A stretch of 64,000 nt of DNA from a bacterium (GCA_963674965.2 CAXXFL010000007.1:512001-576000), one strand, 5' to 3'; shown: positions 1-8,920, numbered from the stretch's first letter. The notes: generated by a model from the letters alone, not told the origin. Program-made: numbers and translations.

Positions 1-1287
1 CGAGGCCAAGGAAATTCTGGAAGCTGTTGCCGATGATCTCCAAAGCGGACTCAAGGAGACCGGCGCCGAGGGGATGAGCGTCGAGCAGGTCCTTAGGAGC
101 GCGGTCATCTATCAACTCAAGTGTTATTCCTACCGGGAACTCGGCGACCGCCTCGGTTCCGATTACAATTTCCGCAAGTTCACCAGGTTCTTCGGGCGGG
201 ACATTCCCCATTTCAGCAGCCTGGAGCGGGCGATAAAACGCATCCGCCCCGAGACCTGGGAGCGGATCAACGAAATGCTCGTGGCCCTGGCCATTAAAAA
301 AAAAGTAGAAGACGGCGAGGCGGTCCGCGCTGACACCGCGGTGGCCGAGGCCAACATCCACTATCCGACCGACGCTTCGCTTCTTTTTGACAGCATCCGT
401 GTATTGGACCGGTTGATGAAAGGAGCGCGGAAGGAGCTGCCGGGTCTCGGGTTCGAATATCATGACCGGACTCGGCGGGCCAAGAAGCGCGCTTACCAGA
501 TCGCCATGGGCAAAGGCAAAGGGATCGAGAAGAAACGGGCGGTCTGGTACCGGGACCTTCTCAAGGTTTCGGCGGAAATCTTGGCCATGGCCCGCTCGGC
601 GCGGGAGGCGCTGGACGAGGCCCTTAAAGGCGGAGAGCTTTATTTCAGCGATGCGGGCCTGGCAACCATGATCAAGAGCGAACTCGATCATTACCTGCCG
701 CTTTCTGAGCAGTGCGTCGAGCAGTGCGAGCGGCGGGTTATAAAAGGCGAGAAGGTTCCCGCGCAAGAGAAGGTGGTTTCCGTTTTCGAGCCGCACGTTG
801 ATATCATCGGAGAGGCAAGACCATGAGCCCGACCGAGTTCGGTCACAAGGTGATGGCGGCGACGGGAAGGTCGGGGATTGTGCTTCAATATAAAGTGTGC
901 GAGGGCAACCCTTCCGACGCCGACCTTTTCGAGGACATTTTGCAAAAACACGTCCGCCTGTTCGGCAAGGCTCCACGCGAGTTTACCGGCGACCGCCGCT
1001 TCTATCATGAGGACAATGAGAAGCTTGCGACCGAAGGTCCTTATTATATCGAGCGCCTGGCCATTCCCAAGCCCGGCAAAAGGAGTTCGGAGCGGATCGA
1101 GCACGAGCGTCAGCGCTGGTTCAAGAAGCTTCTTCGCTTCCGGGCCGGGATCGAGGGCGGCCTTTCCGCCCTTCTTCGCGGCTTCGGTCTGAGCCGATGC
1201 CTGTGGAGAGGTTTCGAGAGCTTCAAGTCCTGGGTGGGTCTTTCGTTCTTTGCCTGGAACCTTCGAAAACTCGCGCTGCTGACTTAG
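1..1287 (+). pseudogene. DDE transposase (ISNCY/IS5-like), 5' part outside window, 1-bp frameshift near 808
   Basis: ORFs 74..826 and 823..1287 equal the two halves of the 465-aa ORF 53321..54718. ATCATCGGAG here versus ATCATCCGGAG in the intact copy. May be a sequencing error. Confidence 0.85.
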
Positions 1288-1511
1288 CCGCCGCCGGGCG
1301 CGCCCCTGTGGGGGCAATGAAAAACGGAAATGAAAAACAGCAAAAGGAGAGGTGTTTTTTGAAAGGATAGAAAAGGGCCGGCTCAGGCATTCAACTCGCC
1401 TGAAAGCGTTAAAATCTTTTCCGTCCTTTATAGACGCCCTGAAAATCTGCATGTCCATATCCTCTCCGCACCGCATAATGAAAGCCATTAAGCAGTTGTG
1501 CAACAGAAACT
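1..1511 (+). mobile_element. ISNCY/IS5-like insertion sequence, copy 1 (left end outside window)
   Basis: Near-identical to the reverse complement of the element at 53097-54862; identity ends at ...GCAACAGAAACT(AA), about 1511-1513. Confidence 0.9.
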
Positions 1512-1544
1512 AACTAAGCGTCCACCCCGCCTTCCCCCAATATT

Positions 1545-1671
1545 CCGTCGCGATGAAATCCCTCTCCTCCTCTCCGGAGCGCTGGTCAAGGGCGGCGCAG
1601 CCGTCCCGCAAAGCGGGATCGCGGACCCTTGACGAGTGTGACGGGAGGAGTACATTTTCTTTCCGCGACGG
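1545..1671 (-). ncRNA. Candidate bridge/seek RNA: structured non-coding region downstream of the IS110 transposase
   Basis: Nested inverted repeats CCGTCGCG/CGCGACGG, CTCCTC/GAGGAG, GTCAAGGG/CCCTTGAC and TCCCGC-AAA-GCGGGA form one rod with internal loops, starting within 3 nt of the stop codon. The RNA role is inferred from IS1111 biology. Confidence 0.5.
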
Positions 1672-1673
1672 TA

Positions 1674-2693
1674 TTACGCCGCCTCGCTCCAGCACTCGCC
1701 CGTTCTGAGCATAGCCAGACCGACTCGGGCCAGGTAATGGGCAATGGCGATCACCGCGATCTTTTTACGGTCCGGATCGCCTTTTACTATCCGTTCGAAG
1801 CGCGCCCTGACTTTTTCCGAGCGGCGGATGGCGGCCCAGGCGGCTTCGGTTAAAAGTTTCCTCACGGTTGGAGGGCCTTCTTTGGTGATGTGCCCAAGTC
1901 GGTCGCGTCCGGCGCTGGAATCTAGAACGGGAACCAGCCCCAGGTAAGCGCCGATCTTGGAGGTCTTGTCGAATCTGCCCGGATCGTCGATGTATGCCGC
2001 CAGGGCTTCGGCGGTGCGGATGCCGACGCCGGGGATCGTCATCAGCAACCTCACGCCGGGATGGCGGGAAGCCTCCTTGGCCAGTATTCTTTCCGCGGCC
2101 CTGATGCCGGCTTCGAAAAAATCGAACTCCCCGATCAGAGTCGTGAGTTTATACGCGCTCAAAGGGTCTTCGAAACGAATCGACTTCAGCCAGGCAATGC
2201 CCTTCCTGGTCCACAGTTTGTATGGAGAAGGCAAACCGTTTTCGCGCAGCAGAGAACGGATTTCGTTTTTGGTCCTGGTACGCTTGGCGACAAGGCGTCC
2301 GCGATGCTCGATAATGTTGCGCCATGCCCGGATATGCGGCGAGGGAACGTGGACGGTCGGGACCTGGTCCAGGAACAGGAGTTTTGCCAGCTTTTGGGCG
2401 TCGATGCGGTCGTTCTTGCGCTTGGACTTGAATATCAAACGGACCTTGCCCGGGTTGGCCACCACCACCCGGCGCGCAACTTTTTGGAGGCGGTCGTGAA
2501 GGTGTCCAGCGCCGCAAGAAGCCTCGAAACATATTGACATGTAATCGAGATATTTGTCTCCAATGCGTTTGATCTCCTCCACCGCCTTCTCCCAGTTTCC
2601 TTTCACCTCGCGGGCCATAAGCTGTTTGCCGTTCTCGTCAAGCACGCAAATCGAACTCCTCTTGACATGGACGTCCATTCCAATGTACAACAT
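1674..2693 (-). CDS. IS110-family (IS1111-like) transposase/recombinase
   Basis: 339 aa; N-terminal YIGMDVH, FEASC and KNDRIDA (DEDD RuvC-like) motifs; IPGVG and LGLVP..DSSAG C-terminal motifs. Confidence 0.95.
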   Translation of the reverse strand: MLYIGMDVHVKRSSICVLDENGKQLMAREVKGNWEKAVEEIKRIGDKYLDYMSICFEASCGAGHLHDRLQKVARRVVVANPGKVRLIFKSKRKNDRIDAQKLAKLLFLDQVPTVHVPSPHIRAWRNIIEHRGRLVAKRTRTKNEIRSLLRENGLPSPYKLWTRKGIAWLKSIRFEDPLSAYKLTTLIGEFDFFEAGIRAAERILAKEASRHPGVRLLMTIPGVGIRTAEALAAYIDDPGRFDKTSKIGAYLGLVPVLDSSAGRDRLGHITKEGPPTVRKLLTEAAWAAIRRSEKVRARFERIVKGDPDRKKIAVIAIAHYLARVGLAMLRTGECWSEAA

Positions 2694-2766
2694 CTTTAAG
2701 CCTCCTTTCGAGTATGAGTTTGTTGATACTTACACTATACCCGACTGGGGGCTTGCTACATAGAAT

Positions 2767-2803
2767 CATGCATTTTCACAAAATGCATGGGTGGCGTAGC
2801 CAC
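2767..2803. repeat. Two short palindromes next to the IS110 left end (possible target site or REP-like)
   Basis: CATGCATTTT-CAC-AAAATGCATG (2767-2789) and GTGGC-GTA-GCCAC (2791-2803). Confidence 0.6.
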
Positions 2804-2815
2804 TGGCTGAGTATT

Positions 2816-2856
2816 AGATCTGGGGACTAGATCTGGGGACACCATACTTAACTCAC
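2816..2856. repeat. RAYT-end motif AGATCTGGGGAC, partially duplicated
   Basis: AGATCTGGGGACT-AGATCTGGGGACACCATACTTAACTCAC. Confidence 0.8.
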
Positions 2857-3155
2857 TTCTTTTCGGGCTTTGGGGCCGGCTTTTGGGGGGCGAGGCGGCG
2901 GCCGAGGGCGGTCTCGAGTCCCGCGACGAAGTCCTTTTCTCCGAGGGGGCGCCCGGCGCGCTCGCGCGTTTTTATTCGCGATACCTCGGAGCCAATTACG
3001 GGCAGATTCAAAAAGTCCTCCCATTTATATGGTACCTTGTCTAACAAGCCGGATACTTTGACTAATTCGTCGTCCTTGCCGCGCCGATGGGCCTCCCCGA
3101 TGGCCAGCCGCAGGCCGTCCTCGGTCCCGGGCGCGGCGATGAGGTGCACGTGGTT
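2853..3155 (-). pseudogene. RAYT/Y1 (HUH) transposase remnant, 5'-truncated and internally deleted
   Basis: NHVHL HUH motif and GRPLG...PKPEKK tail; near-identical direct repeat of about 7021-7338. Confidence 0.8.
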
Positions 3156-3218
3156 GAGATCCGGGGACACCTTACTTAATTCACCGTGAGATCCGGGGAC
3201 ACCTTACTTAATTCACCG
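3155..3218. repeat. Perfect 32-bp tandem duplication of the RAYT-end motif
   Basis: TGAGATCCGGGGACACCTTACTTAATTCACCG twice (3155-3186, 3187-3218). Confidence 0.95.
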
Positions 3219-3416
3219 TTTGCCCAATTATATCTCCTGGTGCCCGAGAAAATATCACGTTTTCTGCTTGCGCTAAGTTATTCATAATCTCGCATATTAA
3301 AGGGCCTCCCTATGTGGTCGACCGTGTAATAATAGGTCCCAAGCTCATTGTAATAAGGCGCCTTGGCCTCGGGCACCGGAATGTGTCAAGCAAAATGAGA
3401 CACGCCTTTCCTGAAT

Positions 3417-4433
3417 TTAGTGTGGCAAACTGTTTGTTTCCTCCGGTTTCTCCGGTGGGTTGATCCACGCTTTGCCGGGCAACTCCGGCGCCGTCGGCGG
3501 TCTTTTCACGAAGCGCTCCGGGTTTTTTTCATAGGCGTGGTCGAGCGTTTTTTGCCGGGCGGCCACGATCTCGCTCGCCATTCCGTAATGGACCATCTCG
3601 GGCGTCATCAGGCCGATCCCGGTGTGCCGATGCTCGCGGTTGTACCAATCGAAAAACTTCACGCAAAAGGCCCTGGCGTCCTCGATGGAGCCGAACCGGC
3701 TCGGGAACTCGGGCCGGTACTTCATGGTCTTGAACTGGCTTTCCGAGTAGGGGTTGTCGTCGGACACGTGGGGCCGCGAGTGGCTCTTGGTCACGCCCAG
3801 GTCGGCCATCAAGAAGGCCACCGGCTTTGATTTCATCGAACTCCCCCGGTCGGCGTGGATTGTGAGTTGTCCCGGCTCGATCTCCTGTTTTCGGATGCTG
3901 TCCCCGATCAGGCGGCGGGCCAGCTCGGCGCTCTCGCGGCGGGCGATCATCCAGCCCACCACGCAGCGGCTGAAGATATCCATGATCACGTAGAGCTGGT
4001 AGCAGGTCCATTTGGCCGGTCCCTTGAGCTTGGTGACGTCCCAGGACCAGACCTGGTTGGGGGCCTCGGCCAGCAACTCGGGTTTTTTGTATCGGGGATG
4101 CCGAAGCTGGTTGCGCCGCTCCCTGACTTCCTTTTCCGAGTCGAGGACGCGGTACATGGTGCGGACCGAGCACAGCCATGTCCCCTCGTCCAGGAGCGTT
4201 GCCCAGACCTCGCGGGGGGCCTTGTCGGCAAAGCGCTCGGAGTGGAGTCCGTCCAGCACCCGGCGCCGCTCGTCCTCGCTCAACGACCTTGCCGGCTTGG
4301 CCGCGCGCCTCGGCGGCGGAGGCCCGAAGGGAATTTTAGCGCGGCGGTCAAACGTTGCCCGCGACAGGCCCAGGGCCTCGCAGGCGGCCTTGACGCCGAC
4401 CCGGGGAGCGGCCGTGCTTGCCGATTCCATCAT
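3417..4433 (-). CDS. IS3-family transposase OrfB (rve integrase core)
   Basis: PNQVWSWDVT, DIFSRCVVGW, HADRGS and DNPYSES DDE motifs. Confidence 0.95.
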   Translation of the reverse strand: MMESASTAAPRVGVKAACEALGLSRATFDRRAKIPFGPPPPRRAAKPARSLSEDERRRVLDGLHSERFADKAPREVWATLLDEGTWLCSVRTMYRVLDSEKEVRERRNQLRHPRYKKPELLAEAPNQVWSWDVTKLKGPAKWTCYQLYVIMDIFSRCVVGWMIARRESAELARRLIGDSIRKQEIEPGQLTIHADRGSSMKSKPVAFLMADLGVTKSHSRPHVSDDNPYSESQFKTMKYRPEFPSRFGSIEDARAFCVKFFDWYNREHRHTGIGLMTPEMVHYGMASEIVAARQKTLDHAYEKNPERFVKRPPTAPELPGKAWINPPEKPEETNSLPH

Positions 4434-4969
4434 TCGCTCTCTTCGCCGGGCGGCTTGGCCAGGGGTATCCCCAGCAGATCGGCAACTTTTTTTTGGAAGT
4501 CGATTATCATCTCGGCCTGTTCGAGCCGCTTTTGGAGCTTCCGGTTCTCGCGCTCGAGGCGGGCCACTTCATCGGCCAGCGGGTTTTTGGCCTTGGGCTT
4601 GCGGCCCCGCTTTACGGGCGAAAGCGCTTTCAAGGCCCCCTCGTCCCGCTGCTTGCGCCAGGCCGTCAGGTGCGACGAATAAAGGCCCTCCCGGCGCAGC
4701 AGGGCGCCGACCTCGCCATGCCCCGAGCAGGCGTCGGCCTTCCCGAGGATTGCGAGCTTGTAAGCCGCGGTGAAGCGCCGCCGGGCGGGCTTTTCCGGGA
4801 CCTCCGGGTCGGGAAGAATGATCGGCGCCCCTCCCCGCTCGGGCCGCTTGGCCGGAGTGTCCTCCGGCTCGGCCGTCCCGGTTGGGGAGACTCCGGTCGC
4901 CCTACGGGCTCCCTCCGTCTCCCCAACAATCCCTGCCTTCTTCCTGTCTTCATCCATCTCTCTATACAT
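4430..4969 (-). CDS. IS3-family transposase OrfA (start uncertain)
   Basis: RRRFTAAYKL..LLRREGLYSSHL.AWR HTH plus coiled coil; ATGA overlap with orfB. Confidence 0.85.
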   Translation of the reverse strand: MYREMDEDRKKAGIVGETEGARRATGVSPTGTAEPEDTPAKRPERGGAPIILPDPEVPEKPARRRFTAAYKLAILGKADACSGHGEVGALLRREGLYSSHLTAWRKQRDEGALKALSPVKRGRKPKAKNPLADEVARLERENRKLQKRLEQAEMIIDFQKKVADLLGIPLAKPPGEESE

Positions 4970-5171
4970 CCTAATACCTCCCCCGCCCTACAGTAATTTA
5001 ACATAGGGGAAGTGTCTCATCTACGTTGGCACAGAGGGCACGTCCAAGATAAGAGAGAACCCAAAGATGAATACGAATGCAACCCCTGCCTCCACGAGGG
5101 CGGACCATATCCATCGAAAGCCGGACCTTTCTGGGTATCCATACGTAGATATGAACCTTGTTCAATAGTTG

Positions 5172-5561
5172 TCAATCACAAGAACAAACGTCTTTATGAA
5201 TCAGGCGATCTTGATCATCGAAATAAAGAAATACAGCTCTGGTATATTCAGGAAAACAAATTAGAGCACTTTCTCCAATCTCCAATGACCGATTTGGATA
5301 ATGACAGCCCTCTAAATATAAGCTTTTTCGTTCTTTTGGACCCTCAAAATATGAAAGATTATTTACAAGTAAAGGATCGGCTTTAAATTGCTCTATAACT
5401 TCTCCCTTTGTCATCCCGATTGTAAAATTTCTTGAAGGTTTATACTCGAAATACCAATAGCATATGGCGACAAATAATAAAATAAAAAAAAGTGAATAAA
5501 CATATAAAAATTTCATTTTTATATCTAATGCCTTTTTTAATAAGAATATCATCTTTTTCAC
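5172..5561 (-). CDS. AT-rich membrane-anchored protein, putative immunity protein
   Basis: N-terminal TM, IGMTKGEV...LYFDDQDRLIHKD; paralogue of 6490..6843; RHS-fragment context. Confidence 0.6.
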   Translation of the reverse strand: MKKMIFLLKKALDIKMKFLYVYSLFFILLFVAICYWYFEYKPSRNFTIGMTKGEVIEQFKADPLLVNNLSYFEGPKERKSLYLEGCHYPNRSLEIGESALICFPEYTRAVFLYFDDQDRLIHKDVCSCD

Positions 5562-5602
5562 TCCTATTCAGGGATGTCTGTAGTGGCTTCATATTCTAAT
5601 AT

Positions 5603-5810
5603 CAGATCCAGGAACACCTTTACAGATCCGGGGACACCTTACTTAATTCACCGTTTGCCCAATTATATCTCCTGGTGCCCGAGATAATATCACGTTTCCT
5701 GCTTGCGTTAAGCTATTTAAAATCTCGCATATTGAAGGGCCTCCCTATGTGGTCGACCGTGTAATAATAGGTCCCAAGCTCGTTGTAATAAGCCGCCTTG
5801 GCCTCGGGCG
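5603..5810. repeat. RAYT-end motif plus ~190-bp direct repeat of 3189-3375
   Basis: CAGATCCAGGAACACCTTTA-CAGATCCGGGGACACCTTACTTAATTCACCGTTTGCCC..., colinear with 3189-3375. Confidence 0.9.
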
Positions 5811-5900
5811 CGTCCACCATAAAAGAGTACATGAAGATGAACGCGAAGGCAACCCCTATACCGACCGGCAAGGCCCCGCGCCTGGCTGGTTTTGGGCGCC
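5713..5900 (-). pseudogene. Orphan RHS-core fragment
   Basis: Hydrophobic helix followed by YYNELGTYYYTVDHIGRPFNMRD, then a stop. Confidence 0.65.
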
Positions 5901-5959
5901 CGATGACACTAGACGACGCTTCTTTAAAGTGGGTTGCTCGTTTTACTACCAGGTTGCCC

Positions 5960-6370
5960 TTATTTGCTATAAGCTCTTGAGGAAAAATATAATAAAGTAT
6001 CGCCATATATAATTGATAAATCTCCATCAAAAGGAGAGGGGCATGTATTTTGTGAGGAAATTAAAACACATTCCGTACCATTAAGATATTTCATTATAAT
6101 TTTAACCTTGGAAAATTTATCGTTAAGCACTTTCATTTTAACTATTTGTTCATGATTCCACTTTCGATAAGTTCGTAGATCAAACTTTTCGTCACAGTCA
6201 AGGTCCCAATCAATAATTAAATAACGATAAGTAGTAAAAACACGCTTATCGACCAATCCATCGCCATTAAAGTCCAATTTAAGAAATTGGTAACAAACAA
6301 AAGGTAATATAATTATTAATGCAAATATACAGATCAAGAAGGCAAATATATTTTTATATCTATTCTTCAT
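5960..6370 (-). CDS. AT-rich hypothetical membrane-anchored protein (putative immunity)
   Basis: N-terminal TM; DFNGDGLVD and DLDCDEKFD Asp-rich loops; preceded by an unstarted frame ending ...TGVKWGWI* (possible toxin C-terminal remnant). Confidence 0.5.
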   Translation of the reverse strand: MKNRYKNIFAFLICIFALIIILPFVCYQFLKLDFNGDGLVDKRVFTTYRYLIIDWDLDCDEKFDLRTYRKWNHEQIVKMKVLNDKFSKVKIIMKYLNGTECVLISSQNTCPSPFDGDLSIIYGDTLLYFSSRAYSK

Positions 6371-6489
6371 CACTATATCCATCCCCATTTAACGCCAGTT
6401 TGAAATCTTTCAAGAGCACTTCCTTCTTCATAGTAGACAAGGTGTCCGTTAGATAGAGGCGCAAGACCTGCTTTGAATCCTTGATGAAT

Positions 6490-6843
6490 CTACCAATCTC
6501 TCGGGCAAGAGTCTTTATAGATGAGATTTCCATTATCATCGAAATATAAATATACTGTAGAGTTTAATATCCCGGTAACTATCATTAAACTTTCATCTTC
6601 TTTAAGGTTGCGCCAAGGGAATCTATATCCGTGAAGAAATATCTCCTTTCTTGATTTAGGGCCATTGTGTTCGGCGATGATATTTCCGCCATCCTTTGAA
6701 TATATTTTAACAACATCGGGCCGACTCATTCCTATTTTATATTTAAAAAGCGGGATAAATTCGTTAGAAAAGAGTAATAATATATAAGGAATGGAACACA
6801 ATATGATTCCTAACAACAACTTGTAAATATCTTTTTTTGTCAT
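6490..6843 (-). CDS. AT-rich membrane-anchored protein, putative immunity protein
   Basis: IGMSRPDV...GPKSRK..FLHGY..P.R.L...ES...VYLYFDDNGNLIYKD; aligns by eye with 5172..5561. Confidence 0.6.
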   Translation of the reverse strand: MTKKDIYKLLLGIILCSIPYILLLFSNEFIPLFKYKIGMSRPDVVKIYSKDGGNIIAEHNGPKSRKEIFLHGYRFPWRNLKEDESLMIVTGILNSTVYLYFDDNGNLIYKDSCPRDW

Positions 6844-7035
6844 GGGACACCTTCTTGCCAAATAAAGCATCGCCCAGGGATGAATAAATAATGCTACCCT
6901 ACTACTCTCATCCCAAAAAATAAGCCAAACGATAAAAATCAATCAAAATATAAACTATTGATATTACTCTTTATTCCATATTTTAATGATGGGGCCAGAT
7001 AGAACATATGCAACATTTATCACACCATACTTAAC

Positions 7036-7512
7036 TCACTTCTTTTCGGGCTTTGGGCCCGGCTTTTGGGGGGCGAGGCGGCGTCCGAGGGCGGTCTCGA
7101 GTCCCGCGACGAAGTCCTTTTCTCCGAGGGGGCGCCCGGCGCGCTCGCGCGTTTTTATTCGCGATACCTCGGAGCCAATTACGGGCAGATTCAAAAAGTC
7201 CTCCCATTTATATGGTACCTTGTCTAACAAGCCGGATACTTTGACTAATTCGTCGTCCTTGCCGCGCCGATGGGCCTCCCCGATGGCCAGCCGCAGGCCG
7301 TCCTCGGTCCCGGGCGCGGCGATGAGGTGGACGTGGTTGGGCATCAGGCAATAGGCCCAAACCTCGACGCCGCGCTTTCGGGCCCACTCGGACATGAGGG
7401 AGACGTACGCCTCGTAGTCTCCGTCCGTGAAAAAGGTCCGCTACCTCCCGTTTCCCCTCTGAGTGACGTGATGGGGGGCAAAGGGAACAACGGCTCTCGC
7501 CATCCTGACCAC
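7036..7512 (-). pseudogene. RAYT/Y1 (REP-associated tyrosine) transposase pseudogene
   Basis: MARAVVPFAPHHVTQRGNGR*RTFF..DY...AYCLMPNHVHL; in-frame TAG at 7441-7443; the segment normally carrying the catalytic Tyr is missing between GEAHRR and GKDD. Confidence 0.85.
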
Positions 7513-7693
7513 GTCGAAATAATGGCACGGAGGAAAAGGCATGTCAATGATTGTTTTGAACAGGTAACCCACGAATGAGCAGGAGGGTTGAAACTCGGAA
7601 CGGTCAATAATATAGTTGCCATGCATCTTTCGCGGTGGAATAACGGCGTGGAAATCCGACTGATTATTATGTCCCGTTTCCAGGAGAGAACCG

Positions 7694-8329
7694 ATGAGAA
7701 ACAGGCAATTTATCGCTTTGGTTTTATTTTTGGCGCTTGGTTTCTTTCCCGCCTATGCCGGCGGGCCCGGCGGCGCGAAGGGGGGAGGGCTGTTGAAAGT
7801 TACTTCAACTATCGCCATGAAAGCCATGGCTTTGGCCGCGAGGAGCGGCAAGACCAAACCCGTGATAGTCGAGCACGAGTTAAAGGACGTCACGCCGGAG
7901 ATGATCACCTGGTGGTGGGACAATATCCGGGACACGGAACGTTACAAGCTGTGGCATCCACAGGACCACATAGCTTTCGAGTGGGTGGTCCCTCCCGACC
8001 GGGGCCACGTGGGGGCCGTGCAGAAGGCCTCGGAAAAGATCGGGGGAGTGCCCATGACTTTCCTGATCAGGTGGGAGGACCCCAAGTCGTTGGCCGGCTC
8101 ATACCAATTCGTCCTGGCCGCGAGCATTATCTCGGATGACGGCGACGTAATCATGCGCTTTTCCCATGAATACGAGGCCGCCCCCTATGGCGCGCGCATG
8201 AGATCGACCTTCCACGTCCCGAGCGGCGTCTACTGGATCATCCACAAAGGCCTGCGCAAGCATAATATCGAGGAGATGGCCCGGTTCAGCGAGTTCCTTC
8301 CCGACCTCTACGAACAACGCGAGCGGTAA
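7694..8329 (+). CDS. DAPG hydrolase (PhlG)-like protein with signal peptide
   Basis: VTPEMITWWW...RYKLWHPQDH, EKIGG and HNIEEM..FSEFLPDLY motifs. Confidence 0.75.
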   Translation: MRNRQFIALVLFLALGFFPAYAGGPGGAKGGGLLKVTSTIAMKAMALAARSGKTKPVIVEHELKDVTPEMITWWWDNIRDTERYKLWHPQDHIAFEWVVPPDRGHVGAVQKASEKIGGVPMTFLIRWEDPKSLAGSYQFVLAASIISDDGDVIMRFSHEYEAAPYGARMRSTFHVPSGVYWIIHKGLRKHNIEEMARFSEFLPDLYEQRER

Positions 8330-8417
8330 AGCGACTTTGCATTAGTCGCCGAACCCGTTCGGGCTCGATACCTAGGAGCGTAAGGCGATGGATACATTCC
8401 TTTAAAGAGAACGCGAA

Positions 8418-8443
8418 CGCCTTCCCCACGGGCGGGGAAGGCG
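8418..8443. terminator. Hairpin between convergent genes
   Basis: CGCCTTCCCC-N6-GGGGAAGGCG; no clear U-tract. Confidence 0.5.
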
Positions 8444-8464
8444 CGGCTTGCAAGACGGTCTCGG

Positions 8465-8920
8465 TCAGTTTTCCGTCATGATCTCATCGTCGTAGATCAT
8501 CTCGAAGCGCAGCTTGTGTTTGGCTTCCTCCTGGGCCAGTCCCTTGAAGGCGTCGACCAGGGTGGGCTCGGACACCCGCGAGGCCAGGTCCATATAAAGG
8601 CGGAAGGCGGCCTTTTCCTTTTTCATGGCCACGATAAGGGCCTCCTGGAAGCTCATGTCGGGCTTGGCCTCCACGTCCACCAGGTAGTCGCTCATCTTGA
8701 GGTCCGCCACCTTCTGCTTGGCGTTCATCATGAGCTTTCCGTCCTTGACCGCCTGTAGCTTACCCTTGTGGCCCATCTCCTCGAGGGCGAAGCCCTGGAA
8801 CATGTCCTTCATCGCCTCGCTTTTCGATTTGTCGGCCAGGCCCATGTAGAACTCGTAGGCCTCCTGTTCCCGGGCCATGGCGTAATCCAATATTTCCTCG
8901 ACCGATCCAAAATTTGACAT
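8465..8920 (-). CDS. Ferritin-like (rubrerythrin diiron domain) protein
   Basis: E..A..FY / EEMGH and EK.A..LY / EEAKH duplicated ExxH motifs. Confidence 0.9.
   Translation of the reverse strand: MSNFGSVEEILDYAMAREQEAYEFYMGLADKSKSEAMKDMFQGFALEEMGHKGKLQAVKDGKLMMNAKQKVADLKMSDYLVDVEAKPDMSFQEALIVAMKKEKAAFRLYMDLASRVSEPTLVDAFKGLAQEEAKHKLRFEMIYDDEIMTEN

Larger units (their letters stand above)
3382..5033 (-). mobile_element. IS3-family insertion sequence
   Basis: Imperfect TIRs TGTGTCAAGCAAAATGAGACAC / TGTGCCAACGTAGATGAGACAC; orfA plus orfB; flanking direct repeat GGGCAC (3371-3376, 5036-5041). Confidence 0.9.
3278..5140 (-). pseudogene. Orphan RHS-core fragment interrupted by IS3
   Basis: Removing the insertion between the two GGGCAC copies restores ...GVAFVFIFGFSLILDVPEAKAPYYNELGTYYYTVDHIGRPFNMRDYE*, paralogous to 5713-5900. 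YYYTVDHIGRP resembles the RHS core YYHxDHLGxP. Confidence 0.65.

Noticed and set aside
3155-3218. 32-bp repeats as a CRISPR array
   Set aside because: The units abut with no spacer, there are only two, no cas genes are present, and the sequence matches the RAYT-end motif.
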